From: Camelus dromedarius
Taxonomy: Eukaryota
DNA: 64,000 bases
Assembly: GCF_036321535.1 (NCBI RefSeq)
Contig: NC_087436.1
Coordinates: 97,714,001 to 97,778,000, forward strand
Direction of reading: 5' to 3'
The notes beneath the pieces are model-generated. The model was not told the origin of the DNA. It made no database searches and saw nothing but the letters and a program-made list of their open reading frames with translations. Within the stretch, counting starts at the first letter, position 1. Each line of letters begins with the position of its first letter. Both the position numbers and the translations under genes were made by a program. Of the stretch, positions 11,865 through 23,342 are shown piece after piece.

Positions 11865-14800
11865 TTCAGTATTTTGTAATTAGAAATAGAAATCAATTTA
11901 TAGAATGAATGAAAGTTTTTTAGCAATTATCTTGTTGATGACTATAAACTGAGGACTAAGTTATCACAACATTTGTATTTAAGATGTATAATTTTACTTC
12001 TATGTAATTTTTATACTGTTTAGATCTTTGTGTATATGTTTATATTTTATACCAACAATATGATTAAAAGCAAAACATAATAATGTTTATGTAAACTAAA
12101 AAAAACAGAGAATTACTGTATCTGAGTGCCATATTTTAAAATAATATAGAGAAAAAATTAATTTTCCATATATGCTACTAGTTAATCTAAAATCTAGTAT
12201 TAACCTAATATTACTGTGTATGTGGTTTTTACTTTCATTTATGTTCATGATGTACGTTAATGATGTACTACCTAAGTATATATTTATCTTTAAAATAATA
12301 ATACAAAGACCATGAAATCATTTCCTCAAATATTTTGATTTAATATTTTGACTATACCTAGAACCAGAATCACGTTAATAATAGTTTGCAAGCAATGGAA
12401 ACAGTTTCTACTGTCGTAAGTCAAAACTGTTTGTGAAGTTATTTTCTTCATTATACAGTGCATCTGTGCACACTGATAAAATTAGCAAATAAAAATAATC
12501 TTGCAAAAGAAATATAATTTGTAAGATTAAAACTAATTGCTGATTTAATAAAAAGACAAAATATAACGCCTGCATAACTAAGTCATGTTATATCAGTTTT
12601 TTAAAGCGTTTAATTCTGGTTCTGTGAAAGTCCTTGTTCATGTGAAAACTAATTTACATTGGACTACTAAAAAAGCTCATTATTGTATTTTTCATAAATT
12701 CATCTTATTTGGCTAAAAAGGTGCTCGATAGTTGCCCAGTAAACATACATCTCATAAAAGGCTGGGGAAATACATAATAATTACATCATAATAGTTTTCA
12801 TTTCCAAATATAATTTACTTTTCTCCTGAAAAAAGTTATAGTGAGCTTATGAATGTTTAGTGCTTCAGAGAGAGAATGCTATGACCTCACTTAGCAATTA
12901 GTTTTCTTTCTATGCTCCATAAAATTGAAGAGATTTACAAAGCAAGTGGAAATACTAACTTTTATAATGAGCCATATGGCACTCAGTTTACTATATTTAT
13001 GCTCAACAGAGAGTATAAAATTATAGTTATTGCTTTTTTTTTTTTTTTTTTTTTTACAAAATGGGGTTACTACTTCTATTATACTTACAAATTAGCAAGA
13101 TGAGCATGACAACCACGAAAAATTCAGGTTACTTTAAAAAAAAATACATTCTGCTGAGACTAACATTTTTCCCGAGTTGTTTTCATTTATAAATGAATAT
13201 TAAAATGTTTATAAATATGAAATACTATGTTTATTTTAAAAAAAAAACTGTCCAGGTGAAATTCATTACACAGTTCATTTATGTTGGGAAGCACCTTACT
13301 CCCAGTCCAAATGTGTTCTTAAAAGAAGAGAAACAGAGGCACTAACTCTGACCTCCTATCTACTCTGTATCTCCTCAACTGAGTATATTCAGTTTGAAAT
13401 GGATACATTTGTACTTAGTGATCGGTTAATCCATAACTCATTATAAGAGAGTGTATATGCTCATAATCTGGTAAATTTTAATCTCCAGTTGACCTGGACA
13501 GGCAGAGTTACGTGCATGAAATGTGACAGATGTAGCTAATAAGATGATAGAAACTACAGTACACTGTTTATTAGCTGTGTAGTTATAAGCTATAAAATTT
13601 ACATTTTCTGCTTGGGGGGCAGCTCCTCTGCTTTAAAGGAGATGGTAAAATTATATCAAATATTTTTTTCAAATTATGATAGGAAGTCTTAGGAGTATTT
13701 TAAACAGAAATTGTTAACCTAGTTCATATAAAATATGAACACTTTTCACCTCTTATTCATTGACCACATGTGGGCCAACATAATGAAATGATTCTAGGAG
13801 AGCAATGATCAACTGTGTTGGTGATACCACATTAAAAAGTAGGTTGTGTTTCTTCTCACCTCAGAAAAGGGTGAAGATGGATCAAACATTTTTTTAATAT
13901 TAAAATAGTCATTGGTTAAGTGAAAACTCAGGTTACCGTATTGACTCACCCAGATTATTTTATTAACACAACAATGCAAATTTTCTAACTATGACTGAAA
14001 TATTTATCACGACTATGAACATATTTTAAAATCACGATAGCTCATCTGTGCTGTCTTAGTTATGTAGTCTCAACTTGAAAATCATACTATACTCTCATCT
14101 CAAGCAGCAAAAAACAATGAAAAGTTTACATGTAGAATTTTCTTTTCTAGGAAATACACAAAATATGTAGACCAGCTATACTTTTAATAGGAATTTAGTA
14201 CACATTTGTTATTTTGGTTCTACACAATCAGCATCTCATAGTCAGAGCCCATTTTGAGTTTGGGCTTGAGTTACCACACTCACAAAATGATAAATTACTT
14301 TCACAACCATCAATTCCGTCTAGTTTTGAATGCTAGATCAAAGTAACGTTTCATAATGAGAGTGGGGCTGAACTCTGAAGCTCACGGTCATTGCACTGAA
14401 TTTGAGAGTGAAAAATAAATTATGCTAGTTTCAAAATAATTAGTATAAACTATCAGGTTTTTGCAGTAGCACAGAAGGGAACATAAACCAGGGAAATTTT
14501 CTAGTAGTATTTTTATTTTCCATAAGTCAGAAAGATTAGCTTTGCTTGTGTGTAACAATGTGCTATCATTTTGTAATGCTAACAGAAATGATTAAATCAA
14601 AAATGTAAATGTAATCAGTTTTAAAGCCATCTGAAGACTCATCATCTAAGATATAAATTATAGGCTTTCCAGGGCTGCTGAAAACTTAATAGCCTTTATT
14701 TCTAGAATACATACTATGTTGAAAGTCTGATGTCTTACACAGCTTAATGAGAATTCAAATCAGAGTGTTTCTGAAAGGAAAGTATTGATTCACACTAGGT

Positions 14801-16304
14801 CCAATGAGACAAAGCCCTGTTTCTCCCGCTACCTGAACTACTCCATAAATCCATTCTCTTGTCAATTGTAACTTGTTTCAATTGCCCCTTCACACCTTTT
14901 AAACAAAATGTAAATGGACTGTTCCAGTCTATAAATGGATTGGGTCTTTCAAGCATAGATACATCTTGTACATTTATTTTCAGGAACCTCTATTGTAATG
15001 TCAAAATGATCAGACTCATCAACATGCATCACAAAGATTATTTCTAAACTTTTAAAACTCCCTCTTGGGAACACAGAAGATTTTTCATCAACTTTTATTT
15101 TTTTTGCTTATATAATGTTTGAAACTGGCATTATTGATAGCAGTGTAATCTGACACTCTTTTCCCCCTGACTGTTAGTAATCATAAAAGTGGTGTAGTTT
15201 AAAAGATGGGGTCTATTGATTCTTATACTCAGTTCATGAAGATACTGTCTCACTGCTTGAAATATCTGGGAATGTTTGCAAGAAATGTGACCAAAAAAAA
15301 GTATGATTAATATAACCTCAAACTTTGAAAATCAATTACTTTTATTCGAATTCTGACTGACCAGTTTACAGAAAAACACTGAGGTAGGTGAAGGCTGGAA
15401 TCTTACATTGTTGACATTTTTTGAAAATATTCGTATCAACTAAATCTTTGATTCTTGGCATCAGTTCATAATCTGAATGGAAAACATAAACAATGAAAGA
15501 TGTGGTTTGGGCACTCTAAAAATAGTTTTAATCATATTTGTCTACCAATTCAGTGAAAACCATGTTTATATATTTGGATGAAAAAGTTCAGAATAAAATC
15601 TGGCATGCAGGGTGAGATCAAACTGAAAAGTTGGGTAACAGGTACACCTGAGGAGATTTAAAGAGCGGTTGTCACAATAAAGATGGAGAGCAGGGTCTGT
15701 CAAGCGTGAGACATATGGCTGTGAGTCTGGGACACAAGTGTCATAATGCATTTTGGAAGTGAAGTACCTCATGATGGAGGCAGGGCTGAAGTGAGAAGAA
15801 GAAAGTTATCTCTATGGGCATTTTAGTCAAAAAATATTTCAGTGAACTAAAAGGTATAGAGAAATGTATTAAAACCTTCCAATAAAGAGAGGTTCGGGAG
15901 AGCAATCATGTTTTAACAAAGCTGTGTTCTTCAAAGGCCCCTCTTGACTAAGTTACATCCTTTATTTTTTCAATGGCAACTGACCAGCGTCTCTATAAAG
16001 TTTAGCTTAACAGCTGCTTCACTTTCAGCTCTTTCGTATAAATGGCCAATTTTTTCACCTACTTGTGGTGGAATTTTTCTTAGATTTTAGTATCAAAGTG
16101 TGTAGAGCTGCCCTTTATATTTTCAAAAAGACTTAAACATCCTTTCATTGATTATTAATTTGAATTTTATTTTACTTATTATGGATAAATATAATATTTT
16201 TGCAATTACAGTTAGAGGTAAAACCTGCAATATCTAATTTATCCATTAAAACCTAGGCTCCCCTTTCTAATTCATCACCGCCTTGCTGCTTATATTGTAT
16301 GCAT

Positions 16305-16410
16305 GAGAGAGAGAGAGACAGAGACGGAAAGAGACAGAGAGATTTCCCATGTGTGAGCTCATACATATTTACACACCACACACATATGCACACAGACGCA
16401 CACACACGAG
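16305..16410. repeat. (GA)n/(CA)n low-complexity tract
   Basis: gagagagagagagacagagac...cacacacc...cacacacacg. Confidence 0.7.
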
Positions 16411-16599
16411 CCACTTCATTCTCTTCTCTTGCTCTCTCCCCCTTCTCTCACTCTTTTTCCATAATGTGTTTGCATCATCTGCACCCAGGGTATTCCCCAT
16501 AACACAGCAAGTGTGACATTTTTTTTGTTGTTTTACCAGAAGGATCATCATATATCTTCCATGTGTGATATAATACACTTCTCATTGGTTTTAGTTTAA

Positions 16600-17015
16600 A
16601 AGCAAACTTCTTACCAAACCTGTAGTACTTTATATCATTTCACCCCTGCCCACATCACCAGCCTCATCTTCCAATACTCATTCCTCTCCTTCACAACACT
16701 TTGCTCAAAATGTCTTTTGATTTTATCAACAAGTTGCATTCTGTTCTGTTCATGGCCATCTCTCTCTGCCTAAGACATTATTCCTCAAGTCTATGCTTGG
16801 CTGACATCTACTGTGTCCTTAAGTCTCAAAGAGACTCAAGATCTTCCTTTATGTAGCCTCATAAAATATGGAACATCTCCTTCATGCCTGATATGGCCAT
16901 TTTTCTATCCTGCTTTGCCCATTAGCATGACAGATGACTTGCCATTTCTACCCTTCATATCATTCCTTCAACTAGTTCATTAATCAGCATATTGGTTAAA
17001 CATGTTTGTTGCTTA
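16600..17015 (+). mobile_element. L2 3' fragment
   Basis: acccctgcccacatcaccagcctcatcttcc, tctctgcctaagacatt, ttaagtctca and an L2-like tail. Confidence 0.55.
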
Positions 17016-17699
17016 AAGGGATAAACATGACATGACACTATCCATAGTTAGACATGAAGTGCTCCTTCTAACCCCTTTCCCTCCTTCTCATGGGTCCTGC
17101 AATCCAAATGAGCTATTATGTCACAGTACTTATGCTTCTGCCTAATGGCTATTACTCCTCCAGCTTATTAAACTCTCCACTCCTTTGAAGCTCCTGTAAT
17201 TAAACTATACATTCAGCTTCAGTATTGCCAGCTACTGACTTCCTGTGGAAACTACATGGTTTATTATGACTTTAGCACATGACTTACAGTTTTCCTTTTC
17301 AGCCAGATGCCTGTCACTACCTAAGTATGTTCATAGCCATCATCATGGACAGAGTGATACGTACACTCTTGCTTTTGTTTTTCTCTTTGCCTGGCTTGAA
17401 TTCTGTTACCCAGACTCATCTTCCTTCTTAGGCAAATTCCCTAAAACCACCGCTATTTTTCCCAAAATAAACTCAACTATTCTTTTGCATTAAAGTAGCT
17501 TAATGCCACTGAGAAATGTTTTATAATCTGGAACTTATTATACAATAATATTAATAAGAACAGCATTTACCATATGCCAGGCCAAACAGTTAATCTTTAT
17601 AATAACCCTATAGTAATCTTTTTACTAACCTAATAGTAACCCATCACTATATTTAATGAAATTTCCAGTTACACTTGTCCATATGAGTACCTTTCTCTT

Positions 17700-18052
17700 A
17701 CTGAATTCATTCAGTCGCTCTTTGCTACAAGGATTTTCTTACACATCCTCTCATGGAAACCCTCAACCTCATCTCTGCCCCACTACTCTCAGTGGAGGAC
17801 CTTGCCTCATCTTTCACTGACTGATTTCAAGCCACCCAGTGGAACTACCCCACCCTGCTGCTGCAGCTCTCGCCAGCATCTCTGCAGCTCCTCCTCCTTC
17901 CCCCCTGTTACAGTGGCAGAACTGCCTCTCTACCAGTCAGGAGAAATCTACTCCATGTGTGTCCTCTTCTCACCATATAACTTGCCTTCTACAGGATATT
18001 TTTTATTATTCCTTGTTCTTTTATATATTTCACTTTTTCCTCTCTCCTAGTC
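17700..18052 (+). mobile_element. L2 fragment (left half of the element split by the EEF1A1 retrocopy)
   Basis: ctctcagtggaggaccttgcctcatctttcactga...cactttttcctctctcctagtc; continues at 21586. Confidence 0.65.
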
Positions 18053-18641
18053 ACCCCCTACCCCAATTCCAGTACCTTTTCTTTTCTGGAATCTGGATAC
18101 AATTAACTCTAGCACAGCAGTGCGCGACACTATTGAAGCCTCACATTTTCGGTTCTTTAAACTACACCAATACTTGTAAATGTGAGAATGCACATTCCAA
18201 TAACTGGGAGACTAAAATTTGACATTATACCAACAAGTCTACTCAATTTGATGTAATTATACAGAAGCTTAAATGCATCACATGGACTTTAATAATTCAG
18301 AACTTGGCCTTCTTATAAGTTAGCTTACATATAAACAAAGTTACTCTCTGCTTATCTGTCCTAACCCTATGAAGTGTTGTGTCAACAGACCCCCCCCATA
18401 GCTTTTCACTAGGTACTTAAATAGGTGATTCCTCCCTAAAGACAAGGTGAAAAAATCAAAATCCCCATGCAGAAAAAAATCATAACCCAAAATTAGCAAA
18501 TTCTGAAGTTATAGAAGATGGAACAACAGAAATAGGTTTGGAGAAACCTATTAATGAAGTCTTTTACCTAAGTAGAACCACAGGAAGTCACAATGTTGAC
18601 CAAAAGAAGACACAGGTTCTTCATTAAAATTTGTTTTAATG

Positions 18642-19848
18642 CATTTTTGGACATAAATATTAGCAATGTTCTCCTAGGGCAGTCTACTCAGGCAATAGAA
18701 ATAAAAGCAAAAATTAACAAATGGGATCTAATTAAACTTATAAGCTTTGCACAGCAAAGGAAACCATAAGCAAAACAAAACAACAACCTAAGGAATGGGA
18801 GAAAATATTTGCAAATGATGTGACTGACAAAGATTTAATTTCCAGAATATATTAACAGCTCATAAAACTTAATTAAAAAAAAACCCCCAAAATAGGTGGA
18901 AGACCTAAACAAGCAATTCTCCAGTGAAGACATATAAGTGGCCAATAGGCACACGAAAAAATGCTCAATATCACTAATTATCAGAGAAATGCATATCAGA
19001 ACCACAATGAGGTATCACCTAACAGCAGTCAGAATGGGCATAATTAAAAAGTCCACAAATGATAATTGCTGGAGAGGGTGTGAAGAAAAAGGAATCCTCC
19101 TACATTGTTGGTGGGAATGCAGTTTGGTGCAGCCATTATGGAAAATAGTATGGAAATTCCTCAAAAAACTATAGACTTACCATATGATTTCAGCAATCCC
19201 ACTCCTGGTGTATATCTGGAGGGAACTCTAATTTGAAAAGATACATGCACCCCAATGTTCACAGAAGCACTATATACAGTAGCCAAGACATGAAAACAGC
19301 TTAAATGCCCATCAACAGAGAACTGGATTAAAGAAACTGTGGTACATTTATATAAAGGAATACAACTCTGCCATAAAAAAGAATGAAATACTGTCATTTG
19401 TAGCAACATGGATGGAACTGGAGATTGTCATTCTAAGTAAGCCAGAAAGAGAAAGAAAAGATACCATATGATATCACTCATATGTGGAATCTTAAAAAAA
19501 AAAAAAAAGAAGACACCAACAAACTTACCTACAAAACAGAAACAGACTCAGACATAGTAAACAAACCTATGGTTACTGGGGGCAAACAGGGTGGGAAGGG
19601 ATAAACTGGAAGTTTTAAAACTGCTAATATTAACTACTATATATAAAATAGATTAAAAAAACGAATTTCTTCTGTATATAGCACAAGGAATTATATTCAA
19701 TATCTTACAGTAATCTATACTGAAAAATAATGTGAAAATGAATATATGTATGTATATGTATGACTGAAACATTATGCTGTACACCAGAAATTGACACACT
19801 GCAACTGAGTATACTTAAATAAAAAGAACACACAACAACAACCAGAAC
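18642..19848 (+). mobile_element. 5'-truncated L1 (ORF2 C-terminus and 3'UTR) inserted in the EEF1A1 retrocopy
   Basis: ORF 18938-19174 [37 protein letters not shown]...HCWWEC..VQPLWK is the ORF2 cysteine-rich domain; perfect 16-bp TSD aaaatttgttttaatg (18626-18641, 19849-19864) at a TT|AAAA endonuclease site. Confidence 0.95.
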
Positions 19849-19945
19849 AAAATTTGTTTTAATGGGTCTCAAAATTCTGTGACAGATTTTTGGTCAAGTT
19901 GTTTCTACTAAAATGTACTAATTTAAGAAACTAATAACTTAAATT

Positions 19946-19967
19946 CACACACACACACACACACACA
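19946..19967. repeat. (CA)n microsatellite inside the pseudogene 3'UTR
   Basis: About 11 CA units. Confidence 0.9.
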
Positions 19968-22233
19968 GAAATGGTCCAAAAGACATTCGTCTTTCCTTCT
20001 GAAGATTTTACGATTCATTTTTATCATTAATCAGTCTTACTATTAAATTTAAGAGGCCAACTGACACAAACAGTTCTGAGACTGTTCTGCCACTGATTAA
20101 GACAGGTGACAGGTATTGAGGATGACACTTGCCTAGCTTTCTGAGATTTCTGGGCAGACTTGGTGTCTTTACCAAGTCTAGCTGCCTTCTTGTCTCCTGC
20201 TTTGATGACACCCACAACAACCGTGTCTCATGTCACAAACAGGAGAGTGGCATTGAGGACAGTCAAAGAAACTCTCAACACACATGAGCTTGTCAAGAAT
20301 CATATCAATGGTGGCAGAATCACCAGATTTCAAGAATCTGGGGCCATCTTCCAGCTTTTTTCTCAGAACAACAATTAATTTTTCCCTTTAGCTCAGCAAA
20401 CTTGCAAGCAATTTAAGGTGTATATGACAATCCAACAGATGAATATCCAGCACTGATTTGGCCTGGATTTTTCAAGATAGTCACCTGAGCCATGAAGCCA
20501 GCTGCATCCACTGGTGGGTCATTTTTGCTGTCACAAGACACACTGCCACAATGGACATCTTTGACAGACACATTCTTGACATTGAAGCCCATGTTCTCCC
20601 CAGGAAGAGTGTCACTCAAAGATTCATGGTACATTTCAATAGACTTTACTTCAATTGTAACACTGACTGGAGCAAAGATGACCAACTTGCTGGGTTTGAG
20701 AACACCAGTCTCTGCTCATTCCACTTGGGCAGTGCCAATACCCCTAATATTATAGATGGCTTAGAAGGGCAGACATAAGGGCTTGACAATCAGACAAGTT
20801 GGTGGAAGAATGCAATCCAGAGCTTCAAGCAGTATGGTTCCACAGACATTGCCATCCTTATGGGTGACTTTTTATCCCTTAAACTAAGGAGAACTTGGTT
20901 CCAAGCACTTGGTTCCCATGTGTTGCCATCATATAACTAGAAATTAGCACAAATACTACTGTGTTGGGGTTGTAGCCAATTTTCTTAATGTAGATGTTGA
21001 CTTCCTTAAAGATTTCCTTGTATTTCTTCTGGCTACAGGGTGGCTCAATGGATCCATCTTGATAACATCAGTAATTAGTTGTTTCACAACCAGTGTGTAA
21101 GCAAGAGGGGCATGCTCACAGCTCTGCCCATTCTTAGAGATACCTACTTCAAATTCGCCAACACCATTAGCAACAATCAGGAGAGTGCACAGTCAGCCTG
21201 AGATGTGCCTGTAATCACGTTTTTGATAAAGTCTCTGTGTCCTGAGTCACCAATGACTGTCACATAATACTTACTAGAATTTCCACAAGGAGATATCAAT
21301 GGTGATACCAAGCTCACCTTCAGCTTTCAATTTATCCAAGACCCAGGCATATTTGAAGGAGCTCTTTCCCATCTCAGCAGCCTTCTTCTCAAAATTTTTG
21401 ATGGTTCTTTTGTTTCTCCCACCACATTTGTAGAGCAGATGGCCAGTAGTGGTTTAGAACTGCCTGAGTCTACATGTCCAACGATGACAGTGTTGATATG
21501 ATTCTTTTCCTTTCCCATTTTGCCTTAGATTTCACAGTGGTTTTCATGACCCCTGTGTCCTGATGGTAAACCCTTTGTGAAAAAGCCCTCCTAGTCCTTT
21601 CAGTCAATCTTCAATATTCTAACATGGGCTTCTTATGCCCACATTTAAAAAAAAAAAGAAAGAAAAAGAAGATTCATCAGACACCATGTTGTCTTCCAGC
21701 TCCCTCCCACTGACAGTTAACTTCAAAGAGGAATTGACTATACCATCATTTCTATTTCTTTATCTCTCATTCCTCAGCCTCTACTCTTACATGCCATATT
21801 TCCCCAAGACCTTCATTTTTCACTCTGCACTGCTTACCTAGATGATTTAATCTCCTCACAAGTTGTCAATAGTAGTCAACTCTATTATATTCAGCTGTAA
21901 ATTTCTTTCATTTTTTAACATCAAAAAGGTAATTCACTTTTAGATTGACTGAATGTCATATTTCTACTGGCAATTTTTATTTATTTTTTTCTTCTGAGTG
22001 GTACAAAAAATAATTGGGTGCATATTATGAACTATAGCATCTACCATATGAAGAAAGACAGAGTTGGCATAAGCCAAAATATGCTGATTCGCCTCTCAAT
22101 TCCAAATCTGCATTTGAGCAATAGAAGTTACATGTATGTATTTGCAGTTGGATTTCCCTCAAGCATTGTGTATTCATCAAATAAAAAAGCAAATTCTTAA
22201 TCATACATGCTCCAACTTCAGTCTTTACCATTT

Positions 22234-22321
22234 TTTTTTTTTTTAATGGAGGTATTGGGGATTGAACCCAGGGCCTCATGCATGCTAGGCATTTGCTCTG
22301 CCACTGAGCTATACCCTCCCC
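22234..22321 (-). mobile_element. tRNA-derived SINE (vic-1-like, short form)
   Basis: Antisense of GGGGAGGGTATAGCTCAGTGGCAGAG...GGGTTCAATCCCCAATACCTCC plus poly(A); perfect 16-bp TSD tcagtctttaccattt (22218-22233, 22322-22337). Confidence 0.92.
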
Positions 22322-22429
22322 TCAGTCTTTACCATTTAAGATAAAGCCATGATTTTCAGAAACTTGGAAGTCATTATCAATATTGTTTTAAATCCACATT
22401 CTGCCATTCAGTGAGTTCTACCTCCAAAA

Positions 22430-22610
22430 CAATGATTAGTAAAACTAACATTTATTAAGGGATTCATGAACCAACACTAAAAGTTTGGTACTACAATTAC
22501 CTTCAATTTACATAAAAGGAAACTGAGACAAAATTTTCCAAGGTCACACAGCTAGTTAAGTGAGAGTCTAAAATTTGATTTAAATACCTTAGGATCCATA
22601 CTCTGTTAAC
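22430..22610 (-). mobile_element. MIR fragment
   Basis: ggaaactgagaca...ttccaaggtcacacagctagttaagtg. Confidence 0.7.
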
Positions 22611-22851
22611 TTTTCTTTTTCTCTCATCTTTCATGAAATTCATCAGCAAATTCACTCTTAACGTCTTTTATTAATTCTGTACACTGCATAGAAGCAATCT
22701 TTCAAAAAGACAAATTGAATTGCTGATGTTCCTCTTACTTAAATTCTTTGATTTGTTTTCATTTAAATACAGTCTAAATTCTTATCATAATCTACAAAAC
22801 TCTTCCTTACCAGGTCTGTCTCCCTTTTAAGTTAATTACATACTATCATAG

Positions 22852-23342
22852 TATGGTAGACAAAATAATGACCCTCCCAAAGATTTCTGTCTTAATTCCT
22901 TGTGAATATGTTAAGTTACATGGCAAAGGAGGAAATTAAAGATGCAGATGGAATTAAGGTTGCTAACAAACTGACTTCAAAATAAAGAAATTATCCTATA
23001 TTATCCCAGTGGGGCTAATGCAATCACATGTGTGATTACATTAAAGGAGAAAAAAGAACCAGAGAAATGGCGGTATGGGAAAGAATGACACTGGCAGCAC
23101 TGAAGACAGAGGAATGAAGCCATGCACCAAAGAGTATAGATGGCCTCTAGAGGCTGGAAAACACAAGGAAACAAATTCTCCTACAGAGACTCTAGAAAGA
23201 ATGTAGATGTGCCAATATCTTGACTTTAGCTCAATGTGACTCATTTAGGAATTCTCATCTTTATAAATGTAAGACAATTCATTGGTATTGTTTCAAGCCA
23301 TTCAATTTATGGTAATTTGCCACAACAGCAATAAGAAACACA
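22852..23342 (+). mobile_element. MaLR solo LTR (MLT1D-like)
   Basis: tatggtagacaaaataatgaccctcccaaagat, ttacatggcaaagg, gcagatggaattaaggttgctaa, ending cacaacagcaataagaaacaca. Confidence 0.88.

Larger units (their letters stand above)
18053..21585 (-). pseudogene. EEF1A1: Processed (retro)pseudogene of eukaryotic elongation factor 1-alpha 1, with extended 3' region and an internal L1 insertion
   Basis: ORF fragments MGKEKNHINTVIVGHVDSG (ATG at 21518), ...[33 protein letters not shown]..., [20 protein letters not shown]. Former CDS about 20129-21518 (about 1390 nt, intronless) with frameshifts and stops. 5'UTR begins CTTTTTCACAAAGGGTTT (5'TOP) at 21585; 3'UTR reaches GAGACCCATTAAAA at about 19857-19870. 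Probable TSD ctctcctagtc (18042-18052) / ccctcctagtc (21586-21596). The left boundary is less certain than the identity. Confidence 0.95.
21586..22850 (+). mobile_element. L2 fragments (right half), interrupted by a SINE and a MIR
   Basis: aacatgggcttcttatgcccacatttaaaaaa, cagaaacttggaagtcatt, ttctacctccaaaac, gcaatctttcaaaaagacaaattg. Patchy similarity. Confidence 0.55.

Noticed and set aside
15566..15800. Minus-strand 68-aa ORF preceded by an acceptor-like cttcttctcacttcag
   Set aside because: No recognisable homology and no supporting neighbouring exons; consistent with chance.
20027..21518. ORFs with EF1-alpha similarity as a functional EEF1A gene
   Set aside because: The frame breaks within the GTP-binding P-loop (GHVDSG then frameshift), there are many stops and frameshifts, the original stop codon appears lost, and there are no introns or promoter: a pseudogene.
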